NCBI GenBank assembly: GCA_015232555.1
Contig: JADFZJ010000018.1
Location: 4,934-68,933, forward strand
DNA: 64,000 bases
From: Desulfamplus sp.
Lineage (GTDB): Bacteria > Desulfobacterota > Desulfobacteria > Desulfobacterales > Desulfobacteraceae
Direction: 5' to 3'
Each line of letters begins with the position of its first letter. The stretch's first letter is position 1. A program made the position numbers and the translations under genes. Below the pieces are notes generated by a model, which saw only the letters and a list, made by a program, of their open reading frames with translations, was not told where the DNA came from and searched no databases. This document shows positions 29,352 to 39,161 of the stretch, one piece after another.

Positions 29352-30482
29352 ATGTGCCGTCTGTTTGCACTTACAAGCAAAGACCCTGTATCTCCAATGG
29401 AAGCCATAAAAGCTCTTGATGTTATGAAAGAGGGACATGATGGTTCTGGCGTGGGTATTCTGCTTCGTGATCTGGGTGGTCCCTTTGAAGAGATGAAGGA
29501 TGCCCCCATTCTGTCGGGCATTTTCAGTGAAGAGGGGATAAGAAAACTCGATTTCTTTATGATGGAACAGGGCTTTATGACCAAATATAAGATGAGCATT
29601 AAAGTCCCTAAAACTAAAATGGAGGGTGTTCCTAAAAGAGGTCTATACCTTTTGCGTGCCTATGAATATCCTGAATCATGGGAGCACCTTGATCAGGAGG
29701 AGCTTGCCACCAGACTTATGATGACCCGTCTAAGAATACGTCAGATGGGTGAAGAAAAAGATGATATGATTGTTTTCTCCTTTTGGCCTGATACCATTAT
29801 GATAAAAGAGCTTGGTGATCCGCTTGAGATTGCCCGCTATCTTGGGCTTGACAGAAAAGACCTGACAGCAAGAACAATAATGGTTCAAGGAAGGCAGAAC
29901 ACCAATTATGCAATCAATCTGTATGCGTGCCATCCTTTTTTTATAAAAGGTTACTCCACTATGACCAACGGAGAAAACACGGCGTTTATCCCTATTCGGG
30001 ATTTTCTCTCTTCCAGAAAATTTCCGGGGTATACTGGATATCAGTCTGACTCAGAAGTATTTGCCCATATTCTACACTATACAATGTCTGATTTAGGGCT
30101 TGGATTAGATACCTACAAGCATGTAATTACGCCTCTTCAAGACAAAGGTATTGAAAATCACCCAAACTCTATATTTTTGAACCATCTTAAAAAATCGTGC
30201 AGGCAGCTTATCATAGACGGTCCTAACTGTGTGATTGGCGTACTTCCTGACAACACAATGTTTATGGCTCAAGACAGAAAGAAACTCAGACCAGGAGTGG
30301 TTGGCGGAAGACCAGGAATGTTTGCCTTCTCCTCTGAAATATGCGGACTTGATGCTGTTATTCCAGACAGAGACAAAAATAAAGATATTCAACCCATGCA
30401 CCTTGACACAGCTATTGTAAGCCCAGACAGGCAGGAGATAAAAATATGTCGTCAAACAGAACAATTAAACCTTCCTCTTTAA
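29352..30482 (+). CDS. glutamate synthase, class II glutamine amidotransferase subunit (GltB1-like)
   Basis: N-terminal MCRL (Ntn Cys2), EGHDGSG, QGRQNTN, ACHPF, NGEN, SDSE, DRKKLRP. Confidence 0.88.
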   Translation: MCRLFALTSKDPVSPMEAIKALDVMKEGHDGSGVGILLRDLGGPFEEMKDAPILSGIFSEEGIRKLDFFMMEQGFMTKYKMSIKVPKTKMEGVPKRGLYLLRAYEYPESWEHLDQEELATRLMMTRLRIRQMGEEKDDMIVFSFWPDTIMIKELGDPLEIARYLGLDRKDLTARTIMVQGRQNTNYAINLYACHPFFIKGYSTMTNGENTAFIPIRDFLSSRKFPGYTGYQSDSEVFAHILHYTMSDLGLGLDTYKHVITPLQDKGIENHPNSIFLNHLKKSCRQLIIDGPNCVIGVLPDNTMFMAQDRKKLRPGVVGGRPGMFAFSSEICGLDAVIPDRDKNKDIQPMHLDTAIVSPDRQEIKICRQTEQLNLPL

Positions 30483-32194
30483 GTGTTAGCGATCTACCGT
30501 GGCAGATAGATTGGAAAAAGGAGAGGTGTACCTTGTGCGGGCAGTGCACTGCTGTCTGCCCTGTTCAGGCTATCTCCCTTTCTGTTTTCAGAAAGAGAAA
30601 TATTGCAGCTATAAATCCATCAAATCTGCTTAACTCTTCAAGTCGAGCAGCTTCAAAGAGCTTTGTTTGCTCAAGCAATCAGACTGATTCCTCTGAATTT
30701 TCTCAACCAATAGGCTCTTTCAATCAGTTTAATGCGGAAGAACAGCCTCTCTCCCCTTTTGAGACTTACTACGGAATAAGGCAGAAAACCAGCATTGAAG
30801 AGGCTTGTATCGGGTGTGCAATGTGTTCAATGGTCTGCCCAAATGATGCAATTCAGCCTCATAGAAACCATGAAATAGACAGATATCGTTTTCACATCAA
30901 TCAAGATGGAGAACCACGAAAACGTGGTGGCAGAAGGAATTCTACAGCTTCTCTGCTTGACAGAATCAAGTTCATAAGAATTTCTATGCTTACAGACCCT
31001 GCTCTTGATGCTGGACGCCATGAATTTGAACTTAGAACTCTGCTTGGTAGAATCCTGCCTCCAAAAGAGAACATGGAGTGTCTGAGAAACAATGGCTGGA
31101 TTCCGCCTGTTCGGGAGATTTATCCGCTTATCATTGGCGGTATGTCTTTTGGTGCACTCTCTCCAACAATGTGGGAAGGTCTTCAGATGGGTGTTGCCTA
31201 CCTAAATGAACAGCTTGGAATGCCTGTGAGAATATCAACTGGTGAAGGCGGCTGCCCCCCAAGACTTTTGAGAAGCAGATTTCTCAAATATGTGATTCTC
31301 CAGATTGCAAGCGGCTACTTTGGCTGGGACGAGATTATACATGCAATTCCACACATGAAGGAAGACCCTTGTGCTATTGAAGTTAAGTATGGTCAAGGTG
31401 CAAAACCAGGAGACGGCGGACTTCTTATGTGGCATAAAGTGAACAAACTTATTGCAGCCATCAGAGGCGTACCCCAGGGTGTGAGTCTGCCAAGTCCTCC
31501 TACCCACCAGACCCAATATTCAATCGAAGAGTCTGTTGCAAAGATGATTATCTCAATGTCAATGGCATGGGGTTTTAGGGTGCCTGTTTATCCTAAAATA
31601 TCCGCATCTTCAACATCGCTTGCCGTTCTTAACAACCTCACAAGAAACGAATATGCGTCTGGTCTTGTGATTGACGGTGAAGACGGCGGAACAGGTGCTG
31701 CCTACTCTGTCTCTATGGATCACATGGGACACCCGATTGCCTCATGTATCAGAGATAACTATCTTAACTTAGTTCATCTTGGAAAACAGAATGAAATTCC
31801 CATATTTGCAGGTGGAGGTATTGGAAAAAACGGCAACCTTGCAGCAAATGCAGCAGCACTTATAATGCTTGGTGCAAGCGGTGTTCAGATTGGAAAATAT
31901 GTGATGCAGGCAGCAGCAGGCTGTATTGGTACCGAAACCGACAGATGCAATATGTGCAATACAGGTGTCTGCCCAAAGGGAATTACATCTCAAGATCCAA
32001 GACTCTACAGAAGACTTGACCCTGAAGATGTTGCCCAGCGTATTGTTGAACTCTTTGTCTCATTTGATATTGAACTTAAAAAAATAGTTGCCCCTTTAGG
32101 ACGCTCCACATCTCTTCCTATTGGCATGTCAGATGCTCTTGGTATTGATGATTATCAGGTGGCACAGCGTCTTAATATCAAGTATGTGGTCTAA
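30446..32194 (+). CDS. glutamate synthase FMN-binding subunit with N-terminal 4Fe-4S domains (GltB2-like)
   Basis: Two CxxCxxCxxxCP motifs, MSFGALS, TGEGG, QIASGYFG, EVKYGQGAKPGDGG and a [3Fe-4S]-type CNMCNTGVCPKGITSQ. Confidence 0.9.
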   Translation: MSSNRTIKPSSLSVSDLPWQIDWKKERCTLCGQCTAVCPVQAISLSVFRKRNIAAINPSNLLNSSSRAASKSFVCSSNQTDSSEFSQPIGSFNQFNAEEQPLSPFETYYGIRQKTSIEEACIGCAMCSMVCPNDAIQPHRNHEIDRYRFHINQDGEPRKRGGRRNSTASLLDRIKFIRISMLTDPALDAGRHEFELRTLLGRILPPKENMECLRNNGWIPPVREIYPLIIGGMSFGALSPTMWEGLQMGVAYLNEQLGMPVRISTGEGGCPPRLLRSRFLKYVILQIASGYFGWDEIIHAIPHMKEDPCAIEVKYGQGAKPGDGGLLMWHKVNKLIAAIRGVPQGVSLPSPPTHQTQYSIEESVAKMIISMSMAWGFRVPVYPKISASSTSLAVLNNLTRNEYASGLVIDGEDGGTGAAYSVSMDHMGHPIASCIRDNYLNLVHLGKQNEIPIFAGGGIGKNGNLAANAAALIMLGASGVQIGKYVMQAAAGCIGTETDRCNMCNTGVCPKGITSQDPRLYRRLDPEDVAQRIVELFVSFDIELKKIVAPLGRSTSLPIGMSDALGIDDYQVAQRLNIKYVV

Positions 32195-32276
32195 AGTTAC
32201 AAATTGAGTTTTTAGCCATAGGGTATTTAAAAAGAGTGCAATTTCAAAAGAGTATGTGGTTTAGGAGAAATTTTTA

Positions 32277-34790
32277 ATGAATACAAATACATTTTATGTG
32301 AATATTCCGGGCAGACAAGGTGATAAAAGAATTCCTTCCCGCGTTCTTGAAGAGATGATTCAGAATGCTGTCGAGCAGGGACATCGGGCTATAGAGGTTA
32401 ATGCTTATGGTCAGCACGGAATTGGAGGAAGACTCTGGAAAGCTGGAAGTGATAAGATAAAGATACGAATTCAGGGACAATCTGGTCAGAGAACTGGCTC
32501 ACTTGGATTTCCAAACACTGAAATTGAGGTCATGGGTCCAGCTTCTGATGATATTGGCTGGCTCAATGCGGGTGCCGAGATAGTTGTTCATGGTAACGCA
32601 TCCAATGGTGTAATGAACGGAGCAGCACAAGGCAAGGTCTATATTGGAGGAAATATAGGTGCCAGAGGCATGACCATGACCAAACGAAATCCACGTTTTG
32701 AACCTCCTGAACTGTGGGTTATTGGTTCTGCAGGCGACTATTTTGGAGAGTTCATGGCTGGTGGGATTGCTGTTGTGTGCGGTTATAATTCAAGCAGAGA
32801 CTTACACCCGCGTAAAGATGGCAGAGATGAATCAAACTCCATATTAAGCCAAAGTGTTTTAGGTTACCGCCCATTAGTTGGAATGGTAGGAGGCAAGGTC
32901 TTCTGCCGTGGAGATGCTACTGGTTTTAGCAAAAATGATGCAAAAGTTATCCCAATAACGGATCTTGATTGGGATTGGCTCTGCATAAATCTGAAGGTTT
33001 TTCTCCAGAAAATCAACAAACTGCAACTATTTGATAATCTATCCAAGCGTTCGGAATGGACACTTATCAGGGCAAAGACACCGCAGGAAAAACTTATTGG
33101 AAAAGGTCGTCTCTCAATGCAGTCGTTCCGTCAAGATGTGTGGGACAGAGAGCTTGGCAAAGGCGGACTTATAGGAGATCTCCAAGAAGTTGAGAGGGGA
33201 GCAATTCCTCTGATTACTAAAGGCGATTTAAGACGTATGGTGCCTATGTGGGAACATGCAAAATATAAAGCTCCATGTCAGGCAAACTGTCCAACTGGTA
33301 TTCCTGTTCAGGAGAGGTGGCATCTTATCCGTCAAGGGCTTGCTGATGAGGCAACGTCAATGGGGCTTAAATACACACCATTTCCAGCAACTGTTTGTGG
33401 TTATCTCTGCCCAAATCCATGTATGGCATCATGCACAAAAAATCTTCAATATATGACTCCAGTAAATGTCAAACTTCTTGGACGTGCTGGAGAAAGTAGC
33501 GAACTGCCTTTAGATGCTCTTCCATCAGTTGCTGAGAAAAGCGGTAAAAGAATTGCTGTAATTGGTGCGGGACCGGGTGGTATCTCTGTGGCTTGGCATC
33601 TTACTTTAAAAGGACATGAGGCAGTTCTATTTGATGAGTCTAAACAGATTGGCGGTAAAATATCATCTGTTATTCCAGATTCAAGACTACCAAAAGAGAC
33701 TCTTAATAAAGAGTTGGAGCGGGTAAAAAAGTTTATTCCAGATATAAGGCTTGAACAAAAGATTACACCTAAAAGTTTTCAGAAGATCAAAAAAGAGTTT
33801 GATTATGTAATTGTTGCTGCTGGTGCGAGAAAACCTCGAATGCTTCCAATTCAGGGCGTTGAATTTGCAATTTCTGCAAATGATTTCTTGGCAAAGGCAA
33901 AGGAGAATCAGTCAAATCAAACTGATACTTTTATCAAAGCAATAAGATTAAAAGAGAATCAGACAAAAGCGGTTGATAGTCAGGTAAAAACAGGTGAAAA
34001 TCAAGCTCAAGCTATTGATAATCAGATAAAACCTCTTAAAAAAGTTGTGATAATTGGTGCTGGAAACGTAGGTTGTGATGTTGCAACCGAAGCTCACAGA
34101 ATGGGTGCTGAAACTATAACGTTAATTGATGTTCAAAAACCAGCAGCATTTGGCAAGGAAAAAGAGGATGCTGAGGCTGTTGGTGCAACATTCCAATGGC
34201 CATGTTTTACAAGAGAGATAACCCCGAATGGAGTTATACTTGATGACGGAGAGACACTTGAGGCAGATACTGTCGTTATCTCAATTGGTGATGTTCCTGA
34301 TACTGAGTTTCTTGGAAAAGATATAGCTACCAGAAATGGTTTTGTCTCTGTTAACGAGTTCAACCAGACCTCTGATTCCGCGGTCTTTGCAATTGGAGAT
34401 ATTGTAGGTCCCGGGCTTTTGACTCATGCTATTGGTGCAGGCAAACGAACTGCCGAAGCCATTGACAGCATAATTAACGGGAAAGAGCCAAAGCCTGTTG
34501 ATGCTCGCAAAGAGATTGATAAATCACGCATATCTCTTGAATACTTCAATCCAATGATTAAAAGCTATAACTCGCTTGAGGAGTGCGGGTCAGAGTGTGC
34601 ATCGTGCGGGCGATGCCGTGATTGCAGTATCTGCGTTCATGTCTGCCCCGAAAGTGCAATTGATCGATTTGAGTCAGAAGATGGATCTTATGAATATAGG
34701 GCTGATCCTCAAAAGTGCATTGGTTGCGGGTTTTGTACTGGGGCTTGTCCGTGCGGTATCTGGAATCTCGTTTCTAATACTGCGGTGTAA
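32277..34790 (+). CDS. fused GXGXG (GltB3) + GltD-like NAD(P)H oxidoreductase + 4Fe-4S dicluster
   Basis: GXGXG repeats (EFMAGG), APCQANCPTGI, VCGYLCPNPCMASC, two GAGxxG Rossmann motifs and C-terminal CxxCxxCxxxCP motifs. Confidence 0.88.
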   Translation: MNTNTFYVNIPGRQGDKRIPSRVLEEMIQNAVEQGHRAIEVNAYGQHGIGGRLWKAGSDKIKIRIQGQSGQRTGSLGFPNTEIEVMGPASDDIGWLNAGAEIVVHGNASNGVMNGAAQGKVYIGGNIGARGMTMTKRNPRFEPPELWVIGSAGDYFGEFMAGGIAVVCGYNSSRDLHPRKDGRDESNSILSQSVLGYRPLVGMVGGKVFCRGDATGFSKNDAKVIPITDLDWDWLCINLKVFLQKINKLQLFDNLSKRSEWTLIRAKTPQEKLIGKGRLSMQSFRQDVWDRELGKGGLIGDLQEVERGAIPLITKGDLRRMVPMWEHAKYKAPCQANCPTGIPVQERWHLIRQGLADEATSMGLKYTPFPATVCGYLCPNPCMASCTKNLQYMTPVNVKLLGRAGESSELPLDALPSVAEKSGKRIAVIGAGPGGISVAWHLTLKGHEAVLFDESKQIGGKISSVIPDSRLPKETLNKELERVKKFIPDIRLEQKITPKSFQKIKKEFDYVIVAAGARKPRMLPIQGVEFAISANDFLAKAKENQSNQTDTFIKAIRLKENQTKAVDSQVKTGENQAQAIDNQIKPLKKVVIIGAGNVGCDVATEAHRMGAETITLIDVQKPAAFGKEKEDAEAVGATFQWPCFTREITPNGVILDDGETLEADTVVISIGDVPDTEFLGKDIATRNGFVSVNEFNQTSDSAVFAIGDIVGPGLLTHAIGAGKRTAEAIDSIINGKEPKPVDARKEIDKSRISLEYFNPMIKSYNSLEECGSECASCGRCRDCSICVHVCPESAIDRFESEDGSYEYRADPQKCIGCGFCTGACPCGIWNLVSNTAV

Positions 34791-34821
34791 GATAACTTTT
34801 AAGATGTGTTATATTAGTGGG

Positions 34822-34848
34822 AAGGGCAATCTTTATGGTTGCCCTTTT
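34822..34848 (+). terminator. probable terminator after the glutamate synthase operon
   Basis: AAGGGCAAT-CTTTATG-GTTGCCCTT followed by TT. Confidence 0.65.
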
Positions 34849-34943
34849 CTTTAGGGTAAAAATAATGAATATCTTTGTTTGTGAATTACCTGAGCAGAAT
34901 ATTCAATCAAATCTCTTTGAAGAACTAAACAAAGGAGGGTTTA

Positions 34944-35729
34944 ATGAGAAATTTTTTTTTGGCAAGCATAATGTTGCTATTGGCAAGTATCGCGTATGCT
35001 GATGAATGTGAGCCGTGCAAAAAAATCATCGTAAGCGGAAATTTTGAATATCCGCCACTCACATGGCAGGATAAGAAAAACCCTGATAAAATTATCGGAT
35101 TTGCTATTGAACTGTTAGAAATCGCCTGCAAAGACATTGGGATAGAAGTTGAGGGAAAGTTTGTCGGTCCATGGGCAAGGACACAGAACGAAGTAAAAAA
35201 TGGAAATGTGGATATGATCGGAGGAATGTATATAACCGAAGAGCGAAAAAAATACATGGACTATATTATTCCACCGATTATTATGGATCCAACGGTTGTC
35301 TTTGTAAAAAAAGGAGACAAGTTCAAGTTTGAAATATGGGAGGATTTGATCGGATTGAGTGGCGGTGCCCCTATCGGTAACAGCTATGGAGAAGAATTCG
35401 ACAGATTTGCGAAAGAAAAGCTGTCTATAGAAAGAGTCTCAACACTGGTGCAAGCGTTCAAAAAACTCGAATCAGGGCGTAATAGATATCTTGTGTACGG
35501 GCTTTATCCAGGACTTGCGGGTGCAGAGATAACAGGATTCAGGGATAAAATTGATTATCTGCCAAATTCTGTTATTTCAGAAGGTCTCTATTTTACAATT
35601 TCAAAAAAATCTCCCTGCAACTGCCAGAAGATAAAGGAGCATCTGACAAAAAAAGTGAAAGAGTTTTCCAGCCAAAAACTTCCCGAGCAACTGATGGAGA
35701 AATACCTGAAAATATGGAAAGAACAGTGA
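34944..35729 (+). CDS. orphan family-3 (polar amino acid type) solute-binding protein
   Basis: Signal peptide, EYPPL, GFAIEL, GPWAR and GEEFD; no permease or ATPase adjacent. Confidence 0.85.
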   Translation: MRNFFLASIMLLLASIAYADECEPCKKIIVSGNFEYPPLTWQDKKNPDKIIGFAIELLEIACKDIGIEVEGKFVGPWARTQNEVKNGNVDMIGGMYITEERKKYMDYIIPPIIMDPTVVFVKKGDKFKFEIWEDLIGLSGGAPIGNSYGEEFDRFAKEKLSIERVSTLVQAFKKLESGRNRYLVYGLYPGLAGAEITGFRDKIDYLPNSVISEGLYFTISKKSPCNCQKIKEHLTKKVKEFSSQKLPEQLMEKYLKIWKEQ

Positions 35730-35830
35730 TAATTGACTAAAACTAAATTTATGACCTTGAACAGTATACATAGATATTATTAGAAATAGTGGTGACTTTT
35801 ATACCATTTTAAACAAGCAGGTAAAATAAA

Positions 35831-36985
35831 ATGAAAGCATTATTAGCACTTGAAGATGGCAGAACATTCCCCTGCAGAAGTTTTACAGGACATGGGGAAG
35901 CAAAGGGAGAGGTGGTTTTCAACACCAGCATGACAGGTTATCAGGAAATCTTAACAGACCCATCATATTATGGACAGATGGTTACCATGACCTATCCAAT
36001 GATGGGTAATTACGGAGTCTGTCCTGAAGATGTTGAATCAAACAAAATTCAGGCAGCAGCCTTGATTGTAAGAGAATATGTAGATTTTCCAAGCAATTGG
36101 CGTTCTACAGGCACACTTGCCAATTATCTGAAAAAAGAGGGCATTTTAGGTGTTGAAGATTTAGACACCAGAGCTTTGACTCGGCATATCAGAGAAGCAG
36201 GGGCTATGAGAGCTGTAATCTCAACATCAGACCTTGACCCTGCTTCGCTTGTGAAAAAGGCAAAACAGATACCACTAATGGAAGGGTGCAATCTTGCAGA
36301 AAAAGTAACCACTGAGACACCATATTTTTGGAAAAATAACCGCCCTGAATTTATAAAGTTGGATTTTATAAGTGGGTGTAATTTGGCTGATGTGTCAATC
36401 TGGAGGCACAAAGGGGAAAAGCACTCTGTTGTGGCGTTAGATTTTGGTATAAAATACAATATTATCAGATGTCTTGAAGATGTTGGTTGCGAGGTTCTTG
36501 TTGTGCCAGCGTCAACTACTGCTGATGAAATTAAACGTCTTGAGCCAGATGGAATTTTTCTATCAAACGGACCTGGCGACCCTGAGCCTCTCCATCAGGC
36601 TGTTGAAACAATAAAGGCTCTTTTGGGCTACAAGCCAATATTTGGAATATGCCTTGGAATGCAGCTTTTAGGGCTTGCAATGGGTGCAAAAACCTACAAG
36701 ATAAAGTTTGGACACAGAGGTGGAAATCAGCCTGTTAAAAACTTTTCAACTAATAAAGTTGAGATAACTTCACAAAATCACGGGTTTGCAGTTGATATTA
36801 AATCGCTTAAGTGTTCAGCAGTAAATGCAGTTATGACCCACATCAACTTAAATGAAGAGTCATTAGAGGGCATTAAAGATGAATCATTAAAGGTGTTTGC
36901 TGTTCAGTATCACCCAGAGGCATCGCCGGGTCCCCATGATGCAGCTTATCTTTTTCAGCAGTTCGCGAATATGATGAGTAAATAA
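35831..36985 (+). CDS. carA: carbamoyl-phosphate synthase small subunit
   Basis: GEVVFNTSMTGYQEILTDPSY, LSNGPGDP, FGICLG, HRGGNQP, TSQNHGF and QYHPEASPGPHD. Confidence 0.97.
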   Translation: MKALLALEDGRTFPCRSFTGHGEAKGEVVFNTSMTGYQEILTDPSYYGQMVTMTYPMMGNYGVCPEDVESNKIQAAALIVREYVDFPSNWRSTGTLANYLKKEGILGVEDLDTRALTRHIREAGAMRAVISTSDLDPASLVKKAKQIPLMEGCNLAEKVTTETPYFWKNNRPEFIKLDFISGCNLADVSIWRHKGEKHSVVALDFGIKYNIIRCLEDVGCEVLVVPASTTADEIKRLEPDGIFLSNGPGDPEPLHQAVETIKALLGYKPIFGICLGMQLLGLAMGAKTYKIKFGHRGGNQPVKNFSTNKVEITSQNHGFAVDIKSLKCSAVNAVMTHINLNEESLEGIKDESLKVFAVQYHPEASPGPHDAAYLFQQFANMMSK

Positions 36986-37087
36986 AAGAAGAATTGCCAA
37001 ATACAAGCCTTAAATAATGGATATATATGAATATTTTTGCTGAAATAAACTGCATTTGTTAGCGAATAAAAATTAAGGAGGTAAATA

Positions 37088-38022
37088 TTGACAACGACCA
37101 AGGCGTTCTTTTCTCAAACGGACAATATCAGTAAAATCATTGCCGATGAAATATTAGCAGCAAAAAAGTATGTTTTATTAGCAATGTACACTTTAAGAGC
37201 CTGTTTAAAAATTATTTGTAACATGTAAAAATCTTTCCTCACGAACCAATATAGAGCCAAAAGAGCCTTTTGTGACTCAAGCAGATTCTACACAGTAATC
37301 CATTAAGACGGACAAGGTTGCAATATAAAGACTTCATTTGAGCAAACATGTTAAAAATTGTGATTACTTGCAAAGCAAACTGAGGGTTACAATTAATTTT
37401 TAAACAGGCTCTAAGAGACCTCCAAATGATTGAGGCTTTAAAAAAAGCTAAAGCAAATGAAATAGAAATTCTTCTTATTTTTGACCAAAGACAGATGCAC
37501 AATAATCAAAGCATATTCTTTACCCTTAATAATGCAGGATTAACTTTCAGAACATTGAACATTGAAAATGCCAGTATGCATCATAAATTTATTGTGATTG
37601 ATGATATTACTACAATTACAGGATCATTTAATTGGACTCACAGTGCACAGAAAAAGAATTATGAGAATATCGTGATAATCAAAGACTCAGTAGTAACAGA
37701 ACAGTATAAAAACGAATTTGATAGAATACGGCAGAGAATTACTTCAAACCCTATTGATGATATTTTAAAACAAAAAGAGCTTTTAGAAAAAAGATTACAA
37801 GAAGGAATAAAAGAAAAGGAACGAGAAGAGAAATTAAGAAAAGAACGAGAAGAACGATTAAGAAAAGAACGAGAAGAACAGGATAAAAAACATGATTTTG
37901 AATTAGCTATGTTTGAAATAGCAAGTGGGCAAGGTTATAATAATGCAATCCGAAGAATAAAGAATGCAGCGTCATTAGGGCATAGAGAAGCTCAACTTTG
38001 GCTATCAAAACACTATAAGTAA
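37088..38022 (+). pseudogene. PLD-family (HKD) nuclease-like gene with coiled coil and Sel1-like tail, disrupted by a MITE
   Basis: TTG at 37088 after AAGGAGG gives MTTTKAFFSQTDNISKIIADEILAAKKYVLLAMYTLR. Removing the MITE and one TAA continues in frame as DLQMIEALKK...MHHKFIVIDD...TGSFNWT. Confidence 0.85.
37197..37411. mobile_element. 215-bp MITE with 26-bp terminal inverted repeats and TAA target duplication
   Basis: Left end GAGCCTGTTTAAAAATTATTTGTAAC and right end GTTACAATTAATTTTTAAACAGGCTC match at 25/26; TAA at 37194-37196 and 37412-37414; no coding capacity. Confidence 0.92.
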
Positions 38023-38044
38023 AGCCACTTTTGGACGAACTATT

Positions 38045-38203
38045 TTAAAAGGCGGTGTGAGGGGCAAATATGCGGCAAAATACAGCGAGGGAACTAATCT
38101 TATATTGTTAGCACCTGATGTAGCTGAGGTTTTTAAAGATAATGAATCTGTAAACGAAGCATTAAGGTTATTAATCAAAATTGCAGAAAAAAAAGTTGCT
38201 TAA
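38045..38203 (+). pseudogene. 5'-truncated BrnA-like antitoxin
   Basis: LKGGVRGKYAAKYSEGTNLILLAPDVAEVFKDNESVNEALRLLIKIAEKKVA*; no start codon or RBS found, and no BrnT-type toxin upstream. Confidence 0.65.
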
Positions 38204-38237
38204 CAACTCAGAGCATCAACGTTTTGTCAAACGTATT

Positions 38238-38295
38238 AACAGCTTTGCTTAAAAAAAGTCCTGATATATTAAAGCCGATTTTGGAGAGTTGTTAA
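38238..38295 (+). repeat. 58-bp direct repeat, copy 1
   Basis: AACAGCTTTGCTTAAAAAAAGTCCTGATATATTAAAGCCGATTTTGGAGAGTTGTTAA, 55/58 identical to 39065-39122. Confidence 0.9.
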
Positions 38296-38346
38296 AATAA
38301 TAGGTTTTGAATTTTTAATTATAAATAACATAGAAAAATATTTATT

Positions 38347-38832
38347 ATGAATACTAATGTTTATATTGAGACAACAGTTATTAGTTATTTAACAGCTTGG
38401 CGGAGTCCTCATCTGATTATGGCTGCTCATCAAGAAGCTACTCGTCAATGGTGGGACGAAGAGCGTCATCATTTTAATCTATTTGTCTCTGAAGCAGTTA
38501 TTCAGGAGGCTTCTTCTGGAGATGTTAAAGCTGCTGAGAGAAGGCTTCAAGTGTTAGAAAATATTCCTGAATTAAAAATCACACATGAAGTAAGTGAATT
38601 AGCCAAAAAATTAATTCATGAAGCTAATCTGCCTGTTAAAGCAAGTATGGATGCTATTCATATTGCAGTTGCAACAGCAAATGGAATGGATTATCTGCTT
38701 ACATGGAATTGCAAACACATTGCTAATGCAACTCTTCAAAGACGTATGCGTTTGATTTTTGAAAATATGGGTTATTTGCTACCAACAATTTGTACTCCAC
38801 TTCAACTTATTGAGGAGAAAAGATATGTTTAA
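38347..38832 (+). CDS. PIN-domain protein (VapC-type toxin)
   Basis: VYIETTVISYL, VSEAVIQE, DAIHIAVA...DYLLTWNCKHIAN and PTICTP. Confidence 0.88.
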   Translation: MNTNVYIETTVISYLTAWRSPHLIMAAHQEATRQWWDEERHHFNLFVSEAVIQEASSGDVKAAERRLQVLENIPELKITHEVSELAKKLIHEANLPVKASMDAIHIAVATANGMDYLLTWNCKHIANATLQRRMRLIFENMGYLLPTICTPLQLIEEKRYV

Positions 38833-39001
38833 TGATCCAATAATCGAAGAAATTCAAAAAATTCGTGATGAATATGCTAAAAGTTTCAAATATGATCTTG
38901 ATGCTATTTGTGAAGACCTCATTAATAAGCAAAATATGCAAGAAAAGAAGCTGATTTCATTTCCGCCTAAACTGGTTGAACCGATTAAAAAATCAGCTTA
39001 A
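38825..39001 (+). CDS. small partner protein of the PIN gene (putative antitoxin)
   Basis: ATG at 38825 overlaps the PIN stop; MFNDPIIEEIQKIRDEYAKSFKYDLDAICEDL. Confidence 0.72.
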   Translation: MFNDPIIEEIQKIRDEYAKSFKYDLDAICEDLINKQNMQEKKLISFPPKLVEPIKKSA

Positions 39002-39064
39002 CAGCTTATCAATCAGCTTCATGCAAGATGGACAGACCTAAAAATCGAAATTGTCGAAAGCATG

Positions 39065-39122
39065 AACAGCTTTGCTTAAAAAACGTCCTGATATATTAAA
39101 GCCGATTTTAGAGGGTTGTTAA
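39065..39122 (+). repeat. 58-bp direct repeat, copy 2
   Basis: AACAGCTTTGCTTAAAAAACGTCCTGATATATTAAAGCCGATTTTAGAGGGTTGTTAA. Confidence 0.9.
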
Positions 39123-39161
39123 GTTTGGGAATTACAAGATTGATAAAAACGGAGGAATAAA

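Noticed and set aside
37239-37502. 87-aa minus-strand ORF as a transposase or MITE product
   Set aside because: Straddles the MITE end and the PLD gene antisense; no transposase motifs.
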